Assembly: GCA_026414265.1 (NCBI GenBank) | Contig: JAOAJI010000002.1 | Location: forward strand, 1 to 62,576 | Source: Candidatus Micrarchaeota archaeon | GTDB taxonomy: Archaea > Micrarchaeota > Micrarchaeia > Anstonellales > SKW190 | Direction of reading: 5' to 3' | Length of the DNA: 62,576 bases | In this document: in pieces, positions 53,624 to 62,576 of the stretch | How positions within the stretch are numbered: the stretch's first letter is position 1 | Layout of the letters: each line of letters opens with the position of its first letter | The notes under the pieces: model-generated | The model's database searches: none | What the model was told of the DNA's origin: nothing | Seen by the model: the letters and a program-made list of their open reading frames with translations, nothing else | Position numbers and translations under genes: made by a program

Positions 53624-54223
53624 ATGAATAAGATTATGATTGAAGAATCAGGATTTCGCTTGGTGGTTTTATTGAAAGTGTCTCTTAGGGGCCAAGGAGC
53701 ATTTGAATACATGGTCAGTTACGGTTGGGCCATTTTAATTGTTTTGGTTTTAGGGATAATGTTATTCTCACTTGGGATACTTAACCCTTCTCAGACGCCA
53801 ACTGCTACAGGCTTTGTTGTTTTACGACCTATATCTTGGTCCTTTACTGGAGGGGCTGCTGACACCGCAAATGTTTCGATAGCTTTATCGAATATTGCAG
53901 GAACAAACATAATAATTTGGTTAAATTCAACAGATAACACAACTTCACAGTACAACATGCATTTTAAAAAGGGCGATTCTGACATGTGTAAATGGTCATC
54001 AATTAGTAGTATTACGGATTCTGCAGGAAACACGTTGCCTCTGGTTAATGGAGCAGCTGCGATACCAGTTGGAGTAATAATAACGATAACAGGAACAGTT
54101 AATGGCTCTAATTGCGGTGGCTTAATAGCTGCAAGTTACAGATATTACATAAACTTTGTAAGCAAAGACGAGTACCTAGTTTTAAGAAGAGATAGTGGTT
54201 TGATTACGGGCAGATACGTTTAG
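53624..54223 (+). CDS. archaeal type IV pilin-like protein (class III signal peptide)
   Basis: ...LRGQGAFEYMVSYGWAILIVLVLGIMLF. The likely real start is TTG 53672 (MKVSLRGQ...), preceded by a GGTGG SD at 53662-53666. Confidence 0.7.
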   Translation: MNKIMIEESGFRLVVLLKVSLRGQGAFEYMVSYGWAILIVLVLGIMLFSLGILNPSQTPTATGFVVLRPISWSFTGGAADTANVSIALSNIAGTNIIIWLNSTDNTTSQYNMHFKKGDSDMCKWSSISSITDSAGNTLPLVNGAAAIPVGVIITITGTVNGSNCGGLIAASYRYYINFVSKDEYLVLRRDSGLITGRYV

Positions 54224-54240
54224 CCTTATACTATAAAATG

Positions 54241-55197
54241 TCATAGAACTACTTGATTGTTAGAAAAAGTTGTTATTTTAATTTTTCCTATTCCTTTTTC
54301 TGTGTGGCCTATGTTAAGTGCTTCTATACCGAATTTTTTTGCTAGGTCAATAGCTGTGTTTTCGTCTTCTTGATTAACTACTATGATCATACCTATGCCC
54401 ATGTTAAAAACTGAATAGAGTTCTTTTTCATCTTTTATTGACTCTACCAGTGCTTTGAAAATACCAAAAGGCTTTGGCATATTATTAAGAACAAAGTCAA
54501 ACTTGTTGTTCAATCTTTTTATTTTAGTAAAAGCGTTTCCTGTTATGTGGGCTATTCCTTTCACTTTTATTTTTTTACATAGTTGTAGTACATAAGGCGA
54601 GTAAATTATTGTAGGCTTTAAAAGTTCTTTGCCAAATTTTTCTATGTCAAGTACTTTTCTAGCCAGTGAATAGCCGTTTGAGTGCATGCCTGATGACTTT
54701 AATCCAATAATGGTATCATTGTGTGAAATTGATTCACCTGTAACCAAATCTTTGAGCTTACCTGTTCCAAAACATGTTGCAGATACGTCGTAGCCTTTCA
54801 TAAGGTCTGGCAGGATAGCTGTTTCTCCGCCTACTAATCTTACATTCGCAATTTTACACGCTTTTGAAATACTTTTAATAATTTTTTCGATGATTTCATC
54901 GTTTTGTTCTTTGCATGCAATGTAATCTACGGCAAGTAGAGGTTTACAATTTATACAGCACATGTCGTTTACGTTCATCGCTATAGCATCGATACCAATC
55001 GAATCCCAAGAATCAAGCTTTTCTGCAATTAAGGTTTTTGTTCCAACTCCGTCAGTATGAATTGAAAAATAACTTGAAGAATTGTAAGGAACTACTGATG
55101 AGAAATGTCCTTTCAGCATAACTTCATATGAACTTAGAATGGATTTTTTTATTTTAGCAAGTTTATTCAGGTCTATTCCTGCATCAGAGTATTTCAT
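54241..55197 (-). CDS. purM: phosphoribosylformylglycinamidine cyclo-ligase (AIR synthase)
   Basis: MKYSDAGIDLNK, TDGVGTK, DAIAMNVND and GGETA motifs. Confidence 0.9.
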   Translation of the reverse strand: MKYSDAGIDLNKLAKIKKSILSSYEVMLKGHFSSVVPYNSSSYFSIHTDGVGTKTLIAEKLDSWDSIGIDAIAMNVNDMCCINCKPLLAVDYIACKEQNDEIIEKIIKSISKACKIANVRLVGGETAILPDLMKGYDVSATCFGTGKLKDLVTGESISHNDTIIGLKSSGMHSNGYSLARKVLDIEKFGKELLKPTIIYSPYVLQLCKKIKVKGIAHITGNAFTKIKRLNNKFDFVLNNMPKPFGIFKALVESIKDEKELYSVFNMGIGMIIVVNQEDENTAIDLAKKFGIEALNIGHTEKGIGKIKITTFSNNQVVL

Positions 55198-55205
55198 GGT
55201 ATTAC

Positions 55206-56225
55206 CTAATAGAAAGATTTAATTGTTATGCCATAATTGCCTTCTTTAAGTTCTCTTAGTTCCCAATTATTATTAGTGATGTAACTTTTAATTTCCTTAG
55301 AGTCTCTTTTAGTTTTTGGTATAGCCATGTAATGTGCCGAGTAATGCAACTCAATTGGTATGACATAAGCATAATTTCTGAGATTTTGTAATTCTCTTTC
55401 CAGTTTGTATCCGAGATTTATATTAAGCAACGATTTCAGTTCTTCTAGAACAATCTCATAGTCTTTCATGAATCTTTTGAAATTTGCTTCATTCTTTAAG
55501 TGTTTTTCGAAATGATTATCCATTTGTATTCCTTTTTGAATCAGTTTGATTAATTTATCATTTACTTTAAAAGCTTCAAGAAGATTTTCTAGCAGTACGT
55601 TTCTGTAAGAGCCGAGGCCTGTACTGAAGAAAGAAATAGATTCTATTATGTTGTGAGTGTTCTTATGCTTCTTTTTCTTAACATAAATTTCCGAATCTAT
55701 ATTTACAAACTTGTCATTACTGAAGTACTTATCTGCTTCATGAATTAAACTTTCAGTCAAGTTATTTTCTTTGAGATTATAATGTTCTACTAAAGAGTGA
55801 ATAGTAGTTGCTACTACAGCATGGTCTGATGCCAAGCATTGTGTTCCAAAAGGCTCTCCCAATATCCCGCTTTTTTTCACGCTTACATTTACACCAGAAA
55901 ATTTAATGTTTTTAGCTTCCATGTAGTTGAAAACTGTTTCTACAGCACAAAAAACTGGAGAAAATAATTCTTCGTCAGCAAAGCTAGGTGGATTTGAGAA
56001 GTTTATGTATCTGTTCCATGTTCCTACGTTATTTTTGCCATAATCAACAAGAGCAACGTTGATATCTCTGTCTTTTCTTTCACTTATTCCTATTTCTATA
56101 CACTCTTGAACAGGTATCGAATAAAGTTTCTGTTTTCCTATACCTAGTGCTTTTTGGAGTATTGAAAAATAACCTGCAATAGCTATTCTACCAGGTCCAC
56201 GAGCAATTATGGGCATTTTTAACAC
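55206..56225 (-). CDS. hypothetical protein, possibly a highly divergent GHMP-kinase-fold protein
   Basis: 339-aa ORF 8 nt upstream of purM. The N-terminal ARGPGRIAIAG resembles GHMP motif I. No canonical GLGSSAA loop is present, only SGILGEPFGTQ and STGLGSY. Confidence 0.3.
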   Translation of the reverse strand: MLKMPIIARGPGRIAIAGYFSILQKALGIGKQKLYSIPVQECIEIGISERKDRDINVALVDYGKNNVGTWNRYINFSNPPSFADEELFSPVFCAVETVFNYMEAKNIKFSGVNVSVKKSGILGEPFGTQCLASDHAVVATTIHSLVEHYNLKENNLTESLIHEADKYFSNDKFVNIDSEIYVKKKKHKNTHNIIESISFFSTGLGSYRNVLLENLLEAFKVNDKLIKLIQKGIQMDNHFEKHLKNEANFKRFMKDYEIVLEELKSLLNINLGYKLERELQNLRNYAYVIPIELHYSAHYMAIPKTKRDSKEIKSYITNNNWELRELKEGNYGITIKSFY

Positions 56226-56311
56226 TATTTAAGATTATCAAAACAACTATAAAAACAATGTAAATAAAATCATATAGTCAGAATCTAATTTAGCGAACTT
56301 AATGTGTTTGT

Positions 56312-56386
56312 GGGCCCGTAGCTCAGTCTGGACAGAGCGGTTCTCTCCTAAAGAAAAGGTCGTGGGTTCGAATCCCACCGGGCCCG
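56312..56386 (+). tRNA. tRNA-Arg (anticodon CCU)
   Basis: Hand fold: GGGCCCG/CGGGCCC acceptor, GCTC..GAGC D arm, loop CT-CCT-AA, GTGGG-TTCGAAT-CCCAC T arm. There is one G-A mismatch at the top of the anticodon stem. Confidence 0.85.
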
Positions 56387-56520
56387 ATAGAAGTATGACA
56401 ACAAGTCTTACTGAGTGTTACTAATATTATTTAAACTCTAGTCAGAACAGATGGTCTTTAAAAACCAATAAGTGTAGATATATACACATAACTTCTTTTT
56501 AGTTTGCAAGGAAGAACATA

Positions 56521-57234
56521 GTGACTATTATGTCTAAAAAACAACAGTCTATAATTGAAGTTAAAGACCTTCATAAGTCTTACAAGAACGATGGTTTATC
56601 TTATCATGTTTTAAAAGGAGTCAACATGAGTATAAAAAGAGGAGAATATGTTTCGATCATGGGGCCTTCTGGATCAGGTAAATCTACTTTATTACATATT
56701 CTAGGCTTATTTGATAAATTTGATTCAGGCAACTATTTTTTAGACGGTATTGATGTAAATCATCTTAGCGAAACAGAGAAAGCAAAAGTACGTGCATTGA
56801 AGATTGGTTTTGTTTTTCAAATGTTTTATTTAATCCCTTCTTTGACTGTTTTAGAGAACATTATTCTACCAGGTCTAATAGTCAATAGACCTAGAAACGA
56901 ATTGATTGAAAAAGCAAAACACATAGCAGAAAAATTTGGGATTTTAGAAATCTTAGAAAAAACTCCTAACAAAGTTTCAGGAGGTCAGATGCAAAGAAGT
57001 GCTATTGCCCGGGCATTGATAAATGATCCGGCTGTTATTTTAGCAGATGAACCTACAGGAAATCTTGATTCTAAATCTGGCAAAGCTGTATTGGATTTAT
57101 TCGATGAGCTTCATAAAGAAGGAAGGACAATAGTAATGATAACCCATGATAGTAATGTTGCTAAGAGGGCACAAAGAACACTTTACATATTTGATGGCTT
57201 TATCAGTGAAAAGCCTTATCACAAATCAGATTAA
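56521..57234 (+). CDS. ABC transporter ATP-binding protein (MacB/LolD/FtsE-like)
   Basis: Walker A GPSGSGKSTLL, signature VSGGQMQR and Walker B ILADEPTGNLD. The start is GTG 56521 or ATG 56530. Confidence 0.9.
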   Translation: MTIMSKKQQSIIEVKDLHKSYKNDGLSYHVLKGVNMSIKRGEYVSIMGPSGSGKSTLLHILGLFDKFDSGNYFLDGIDVNHLSETEKAKVRALKIGFVFQMFYLIPSLTVLENIILPGLIVNRPRNELIEKAKHIAEKFGILEILEKTPNKVSGGQMQRSAIARALINDPAVILADEPTGNLDSKSGKAVLDLFDELHKEGRTIVMITHDSNVAKRAQRTLYIFDGFISEKPYHKSD

Positions 57235-57262
57235 TGTTAATTCTTATATAGAGGTGAAGTAC

Positions 57263-58768
57263 ATGAAAAAAAATAAATTTTTTGTAACAATTGTTGCAAT
57301 AATTTTGGTATCTGGAATAATCTTTTCTGATTTAAGCGTAACTTCGTATGTAGTCACTCCAGATCCTGTTTTACCAGGTTCTAACGGAGTTTTAATGATA
57401 GACATTCAGAATACAGGGACATTGACTGCAAGTGTTGTAATAGACACTTCTACTATTAGGCCCATAATAGGCGACAACAAATATCCTGTAGGTGATTTGG
57501 AACCTGCTGGCTCTGTCAAATTGGCATTGCCTTTCCGGGTAGAGCCTAATGCATCTACTGGAATTTATACTATGAGACTGACAATTTACGGTTCTACAAA
57601 AAGTGCTTCTCAGCAGACAGCATCAGGCCAACTCAAAACCATAAGTTTACCGATACGTGTTTTGCACAAGCCGTTAATTTCGTTAGAAGCTGATAAAGTA
57701 TCCGTAAATAAAGATTCTGAAAATATTATCTCTGCAAAATTATCTAACAAGGGTGGAAGAGCCTTAAACGCAAAACTATATCTAAATTCAAGTGAGTTTG
57801 TATTACAGTCAGGTAGTCCTGTGGTCATAGGCGAACTTACAGGAGAACATACCTTGAACATATCTGTTTTTGTACGCGATTCAGTCAGTTCAGGCACAAC
57901 AGCCATGCCTTTAGTTGTTGTTTATCAAGATCCTCTTGGAAACAATTACGTAGACACGTTTAGTTTGCCGTTAGATGTAAAAGATAAAAAATCAAGTTTC
58001 AGTGTCTCAAGTTTATCTAATTCTCTGACCATAGGAACACAAAATTCTGCCTCAATAAAGATTACAAACGTAGGAGATTCTAAAGCCCAAAAAGTTAAAA
58101 TAGAGATTGTTCCTACGAATGACATAACTCCAGTAGGTTCTACATCAGTTGATATCGGTGACCTTGAACCAGGTAAATCAGCTGAAGTACCTTTTCTGTT
58201 AGCTGTTTCACAAGTAGAAGAAGGTTATAGAAATCTTGGTATAAAAATAACTTATGAAGATAAGAATAGGAACAAACAGACAGAGTCCGCATCAGTTGGA
58301 TTAAAGCTATCTGGCAAGTTAGATCTATCTGTTAATCTTGATACAAAACCAGTGCCTTTAGTAAGTGGAAAGGAGCACACTTTATCTGTTATTGTCTCTA
58401 ACTCTGGAAACTCAAAAGTGCGTGGCTTAGAGGTAACTTTAGAGCCTGACCAAAACCTAATTCTTTTTGATTCATCTAGAACCCAATATATAGGTTCACT
58501 GAACGAAGACGACTTCTCAAGTGTTCAATACAGAATTTTACCTAAGATTGGATCAAACAGTTCAACAATCAAAGTCAAGTTAAGGTACCAGGATGTTTTT
58601 AACAACGTATTAGAGGAACAAAAAGAGTATCAGTTACAGATATACTCACAAGATTACGTTAACGCGCTTAGTGCAAATAGCAGAAATGGAAATCAGGCTT
58701 TATTAGTAGTTGGAGTTATTGTTGTGATTGGCATATTGCTCTGGTACTTCAAATTTAGAAAAAAATAA
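57263..58768 (+). CDS. surface protein with repeated CARDB/S-layer-domain-like modules and a C-terminal TM anchor
   Basis: Signal anchor MKKNKFFVTIVAIILV after a GAGGTGA SD. Modules recur in the form ..I.N.G...A..V.......I......IGDLEPG.S. The C-terminus is LLVVGVIVVIGILLWYFKFRKK. Confidence 0.6.
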   Translation: MKKNKFFVTIVAIILVSGIIFSDLSVTSYVVTPDPVLPGSNGVLMIDIQNTGTLTASVVIDTSTIRPIIGDNKYPVGDLEPAGSVKLALPFRVEPNASTGIYTMRLTIYGSTKSASQQTASGQLKTISLPIRVLHKPLISLEADKVSVNKDSENIISAKLSNKGGRALNAKLYLNSSEFVLQSGSPVVIGELTGEHTLNISVFVRDSVSSGTTAMPLVVVYQDPLGNNYVDTFSLPLDVKDKKSSFSVSSLSNSLTIGTQNSASIKITNVGDSKAQKVKIEIVPTNDITPVGSTSVDIGDLEPGKSAEVPFLLAVSQVEEGYRNLGIKITYEDKNRNKQTESASVGLKLSGKLDLSVNLDTKPVPLVSGKEHTLSVIVSNSGNSKVRGLEVTLEPDQNLILFDSSRTQYIGSLNEDDFSSVQYRILPKIGSNSSTIKVKLRYQDVFNNVLEEQKEYQLQIYSQDYVNALSANSRNGNQALLVVGVIVVIGILLWYFKFRKK

Positions 58769-58811
58769 AAGCTATCTGCATTTAAGCGCCATTTAGTTTG
58801 AGTGATTTGAT

Positions 58812-60020
58812 GTGGACTATTTAGAATCTCTGAGATATATATTAATGAGCATTTCACACAGAAAGTTAAGGACCTTTCTTACCATACTAGCCATAGTTAT
58901 AGGGATAGTTGCAATACTTTCCATGATCTCTTTAGGTCGTGGTATAAAAGAAGATATCAATGCGCAATTACAGCGGTTTTCCCCAAGAAACATCTTTATT
59001 GTCCCAGGAAACATTCAAATAGGCAACAATAGGGGTATAAACGCACTAACTGGTAAATTGTATGAACGTGATGCAGATGTTTTAGCTAGGATGCCTGAAA
59101 TAGAAAAAGTTTCTAAGTTAATAGGTGCTTCTGCAACTATCTCATTCAAAGGCAAAGAGATAAAAGCCATGGTCTCTGGAGTTGAAATAGGGGTTTTTTT
59201 AGAAGTAAGTCCTGCATTCGAACTTGAGAAAGGGAGATATTTGAGAGAAAACGAACAAAACGCTGTAGTTTTAGGCTATAAGATAGCAAAAGATACATTT
59301 GATAAACCTATAGAAGTTGGTAATACAATTTTTATAAACGGTAGACCTTATGTAGTTGTTGGAATATTCAAAGAACAGAACACACAAGTTGGCGGAAATC
59401 CGAACAATTTTATTCTTTTAGATTATAACGAAGTCAAGCAAAAGTTCGTTACTGGAAAACAGAAAGACGAGGTAATGTTTCTTAACGTGCTGGTTAGAGA
59501 AGGCTATGACATTGAAGAAGTAGCTGCGCGAATAGAAGAAATGTTGAGAATCAGTCATAAACTGCCAAAAGATACTAAAGATTTCACAGTTTTTTCCCCG
59601 AAAGTTATTCAGGACCAAGTTAATAATATAATAAACCTGTTGAATACCTTTTTAGGCGCTATAGCCAGTATATCTTTGATTGTAGGCGCTATAGGGATAA
59701 GCAATACCATGTTTTCAGCTGTTCTTGAAAGAACCAGAGAAATAGGTATTTTAAAAGCAGTTGGTGCAAGAGAATCAGATATCTATTTATTGTTTTTATT
59801 AGAAGGTGGAATAATCTCATTAATAGGTGGAGTTATAGCCATTATTATAGCCATGTTACTATCGTATGTTTTTGATGCTTTTGATGTAGCTTATTCGATC
59901 GGTTTAGATTTGGTAATAATCTCATTGATTTTTTCATTTTTTACAGGTGTGATTGCTAGTATTATACCTGCAAGAAATGCAGCTAAAATGTCTGCAGTCG
60001 AAGCACTGAGGTATGAATAG
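58812..60020 (+). CDS. ABC transporter permease, FtsX/MacB family
   Basis: N-terminal SHRKLRTFLTILAIVIG, a large periplasmic-type loop, then the C-terminal FtsX 3-TM bundle with ERTREIGILKAVGA. Confidence 0.85.
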   Translation: MDYLESLRYILMSISHRKLRTFLTILAIVIGIVAILSMISLGRGIKEDINAQLQRFSPRNIFIVPGNIQIGNNRGINALTGKLYERDADVLARMPEIEKVSKLIGASATISFKGKEIKAMVSGVEIGVFLEVSPAFELEKGRYLRENEQNAVVLGYKIAKDTFDKPIEVGNTIFINGRPYVVVGIFKEQNTQVGGNPNNFILLDYNEVKQKFVTGKQKDEVMFLNVLVREGYDIEEVAARIEEMLRISHKLPKDTKDFTVFSPKVIQDQVNNIINLLNTFLGAIASISLIVGAIGISNTMFSAVLERTREIGILKAVGARESDIYLLFLLEGGIISLIGGVIAIIIAMLLSYVFDAFDVAYSIGLDLVIISLIFSFFTGVIASIIPARNAAKMSAVEALRYE

Positions 60021-61242
60021 AATGAAATTAAATGAAAAATTAAAATACATTTTTCGAAATTTAATCAACAGAAAAATAAGAACATTTTTGACAGCTTTAG
60101 CCATAATCTTTGGCGTATTTACGATAGTATCTATTGTAGCAGTTAGCAATGGTTTAAGACAGGAAGTCAAAAAGCAGTTAGATGTATTGGGTCCAAGAAC
60201 AGTTTTTATTCTTCCAGTGAGCAATGTTAACGTGTTGTCAGGTGCAAGAAATGCTCAGCAAATTGTAAATCCACTTACAATGAAGGATTTGAATTCTTTA
60301 AAAAGATTGTCTGAACTGGAGTTAGTCAGTTATTGGCTGATCCAAAGAGCTGATGTTTCTTTTAAGGGTGAAAGAATAACTTTAAGTATTTATGGTTCAG
60401 AACCAGAGAGCTTAGTACACGTCAATCCGAACTTCCTGCCTGAAAAAGGCAGGATTTTCTCTAGCAGTGAAAAAGGAGTAGCGTTCATAGGTTCTAACGT
60501 AGCTGAAAATCTGTTTTCAAACAAAATAGAAATAAACAATAAGATTTACATAAACGGTAAACCTTTTGTTGTTGTAGGAATATTGAAACCAACAGGTGCT
60601 TCATCAGCAGGTGCTAACGTAGATGACATAATAGTAATAAATATCGATGATGCAAGAGACTTATTCAAAGGAATTATGAAAGACGATGAACTTACCACCA
60701 TTAACGTAGTTATAAGAGAAGACTTCGATGTTGATGAAGTGATAACCAAAGTCGAAGATACATTACGGCTTTCCAGAAAGATTGCAAAAAATGAAAAAAA
60801 CGATTTTAGTATTCTTTCAGCAAAGTCAATTCAGAAACAAGTAGATGAAGTTTTGCAGTCAATAACTTTGTTTTTAGGCAGTTTAGGTGCAATATCTTTA
60901 GTTGTAGGTTCAATAGGAATAGCTAATACCATGTTTACTACAATTTTAGAAAGGACGAAGGAGATAGGCATTTTAAAGGCATTAGGTTCTTCAAATAGCG
61001 AGATACTTTCTTTGTTTTTGTTAGAGAGTATTATGATAGCATTGATTGGTGGATTGATAGGATATACATTGTCTTTTCTCGTTGGTTTAGTAATACAAAA
61101 TTTTAATTTACCTTATTTAATTTCAATAAATGAACTGTTTATAGCTGTAGCTATATCTGTATTAGTTGGTACAGTTTCAGGTTTGATTCCTGCATATCGT
61201 GCTTCAAGGTTAGAGGCAGTTGTAGCAATCAAAGAAGGCTAA
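60013..61242 (+). CDS. ABC transporter permease, FtsX/MacB family (paralogue)
   Basis: NRKIRTFLTALAIIFG...ERTKEIGILKALGS. Overlaps the previous gene by 8 nt. Confidence 0.85.
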   Translation: MNRMKLNEKLKYIFRNLINRKIRTFLTALAIIFGVFTIVSIVAVSNGLRQEVKKQLDVLGPRTVFILPVSNVNVLSGARNAQQIVNPLTMKDLNSLKRLSELELVSYWLIQRADVSFKGERITLSIYGSEPESLVHVNPNFLPEKGRIFSSSEKGVAFIGSNVAENLFSNKIEINNKIYINGKPFVVVGILKPTGASSAGANVDDIIVINIDDARDLFKGIMKDDELTTINVVIREDFDVDEVITKVEDTLRLSRKIAKNEKNDFSILSAKSIQKQVDEVLQSITLFLGSLGAISLVVGSIGIANTMFTTILERTKEIGILKALGSSNSEILSLFLLESIMIALIGGLIGYTLSFLVGLVIQNFNLPYLISINELFIAVAISVLVGTVSGLIPAYRASRLEAVVAIKEG

Positions 61243-61298
61243 GTCAAACTAAGTCATAATTGATAATTATTATAATTTCTTCACATCTTAACATTCTT

Positions 61299-61961
61299 AT
61301 GAACCTTTTTTTTAAGTCATTAATACTAACAATTATAGTTGTCGTTTTAGCTTTGGTCTTGGCTAAAGAATTTGACAATCAAAGGATTAAAGAGTTGGGT
61401 AAAGAGATTGAATTAGTGATCCAGGATTATAGGGCCCAGCAAATGATTGACAAATATTCAAATTTGATGGCAAAGGATTCTAAAGAGTACTGTGATCAAT
61501 TAATTTCATTAAGAGAAAGCCAAGCAAACAGAAACATTAAAATATCGTCTAGAATTCAGGAATACGAGAAAAAGAATCTTTTTACAGAAGAATACGATAT
61601 GTTAAAAAGGTCATACTACATCAATTTGCTTGATATGTATGTTTCAGAATTTCAGTTGAAGAAGAAGTGTAATCTGTCAGACGCTTCGTTGTTAGTCTTT
61701 TATTCAATTGATAAGTCATGTTCTGCATGTCTTGCACAGAATGAGATAGTTCTAAAGTTAATGAGGAAATGTCAAAATTTAAGAGTTTATTCATTGCCAA
61801 TAGATGGTAATGAAAACCTACCTTTTATTCTTAAGAACAGATATAATATCACAGATGCTCCAAGTATAGTTATCAATGATGATAAAGTACTAAATGGATT
61901 GTATTCTGAAAGACAATTAATTACCGAGCTTCAAAGATACAATGTATCATGTAAATCATAA
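61299..61961 (+). CDS. membrane-anchored thioredoxin-fold-like protein (CxxC)
   Basis: Signal anchor MNLFFKSLILTIIVVVLALVLA. LLVFYSIDKSCSACLAQNE...YNITDAPSIVIND resembles a thioredoxin-like CxxC plus cis-Pro layout. The ORF track starts at TTG 61260. Confidence 0.45.
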   Translation: MNLFFKSLILTIIVVVLALVLAKEFDNQRIKELGKEIELVIQDYRAQQMIDKYSNLMAKDSKEYCDQLISLRESQANRNIKISSRIQEYEKKNLFTEEYDMLKRSYYINLLDMYVSEFQLKKKCNLSDASLLVFYSIDKSCSACLAQNEIVLKLMRKCQNLRVYSLPIDGNENLPFILKNRYNITDAPSIVINDDKVLNGLYSERQLITELQRYNVSCKS

Positions 61962-62003
61962 CAGCAATCCACTCAGTCAGCGGTGCTTAATAGTGTGGCG
62001 CTT

Positions 62004-62576
62004 ATGAAAGAAAATTTTCATAAAGAGAGTGAAACATCTGAAGAAAAAAAGCAACTTTTCATAGATCAAAGGCATTTAAAAAGATATGACCCTAAAACAG
62101 CAGTTATTGACGGTTCAACTGCTCCAAAGGGGTTTGAAAGGACAAAATTAGTTGTGCCTGCAAAGAGGAATCTAATAATATTAGGGCTGATTATTTTAAT
62201 CACTATTTTTGTTTTGAGTTTTATTTTTTCGATAAGAATAATTTTTTTACTATATACTATATTTCTCATTTTTCTTCTTACAAGTTTCATAGTTATGTGG
62301 TTTGAACAGGACAGAAAAAATGACTTGAACGAATTTAGAAATAATTTAAAAGTAGATAAGTGGCCCGATGTTACTATTATAATTCCTTCCTATAACACAA
62401 GCCACACTATACTTAAATGTATAGATTCTTGTAAAAATTTGGAATACCCTGGGCACAAAGAAATAATCGTTGTTGATGATGGGAGTACTGATGGCTCAAG
62501 GGAACTTTTGAAAAATGTTGATGGTATTACATTGTTATTGAAAGAAAAGAACGAAGGAAAAGGTGCAGCTCTAAAT
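62004..62576 (+). CDS. family 2 glycosyltransferase with N-terminal TM segments (3' end outside window)
   Basis: Not in the ORF track because the end is open. My translation from ATG 62004 gives MKENFHKESE..., two TM helices, then VTIIIPSYNTSHTILKCIDS...EIIVVDDGSTDGS...EKNEGKGAALN. Confidence 0.7.
   Translation, partial: MKENFHKESETSEEKKQLFIDQRHLKRYDPKTAVIDGSTAPKGFERTKLVVPAKRNLIILGLIILITIFVLSFIFSIRIIFLLYTIFLIFLLTSFIVMWFEQDRKNDLNEFRNNLKVDKWPDVTIIIPSYNTSHTILKCIDSCKNLEYPGHKEIIVVDDGSTDGSRELLKNVDGITLLLKEKNEGKGAALN

Noticed and set aside
62066-62290. 74-aa minus-strand ORF near the window end
   Set aside because: It is antisense to the open-ended plus-strand GT2 glycosyltransferase (62004-62576), whose translation has clear TM helices and the DDGSTDGS motif.
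1-62576. Search for CRISPR arrays, rRNA genes, transposases, integrases and toxin-antitoxin pairs
   Set aside because: No regularly spaced direct repeats, no rRNA-like conserved stretches and no DDE, tyrosine or serine recombinase motifs were seen in any listed ORF. This visual search is not exhaustive.

Overview
AT-rich, tightly packed archaeal chromosome segment of about 62.6 kb, with short intergenic gaps and many ATGA/TAATG gene overlaps. The archaeal assignment rests on archaeal DnaG primase, Cdc48, Pus10, Bud32, mevalonate kinase plus GGPP synthase, a dolichol-kinase-like gene, an S-layer-like protein, many class III (prepilin-type) signal peptides, and an intron-containing tRNA-Tyr with a C1-G72 pair. 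Small gene sizes, patchy metabolism and many ORFans fit a reduced, possibly episymbiotic (DPANN-like) lineage, but that is inference only. Main contents: (i) a copper-handling island (CopA, CopZ, cupredoxin, HMA-membrane fusion, membrane-tethered wHTH); (ii) two type IV pilus/archaellum-like assembly loci, one carrying an operon of five pilin-like proteins including a 768-aa pilin-adhesin with three tandem Ig-like repeats, divergent from an S-layer gene; (iii) a MacB-type ABC exporter module; (iv) housekeeping genes (dcd, gpmA, cimA/leuA, purM, tandem ThyX plus ferredoxin, glycogen debranching enzyme); (v) four tRNAs. The most unusual region is 49979-53423. It holds three tandem SLT-type lytic (murein) transglycosylase paralogues without signal peptides, two of them interrupted by single in-frame stop codons yet conserved downstream. 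They are followed by an ORFan whose C-terminal half resembles a CheD-like Cys-His deamidase fold, and the cluster ends at tRNA-Asp. I saw no rRNA, CRISPR array, integrase or transposase.
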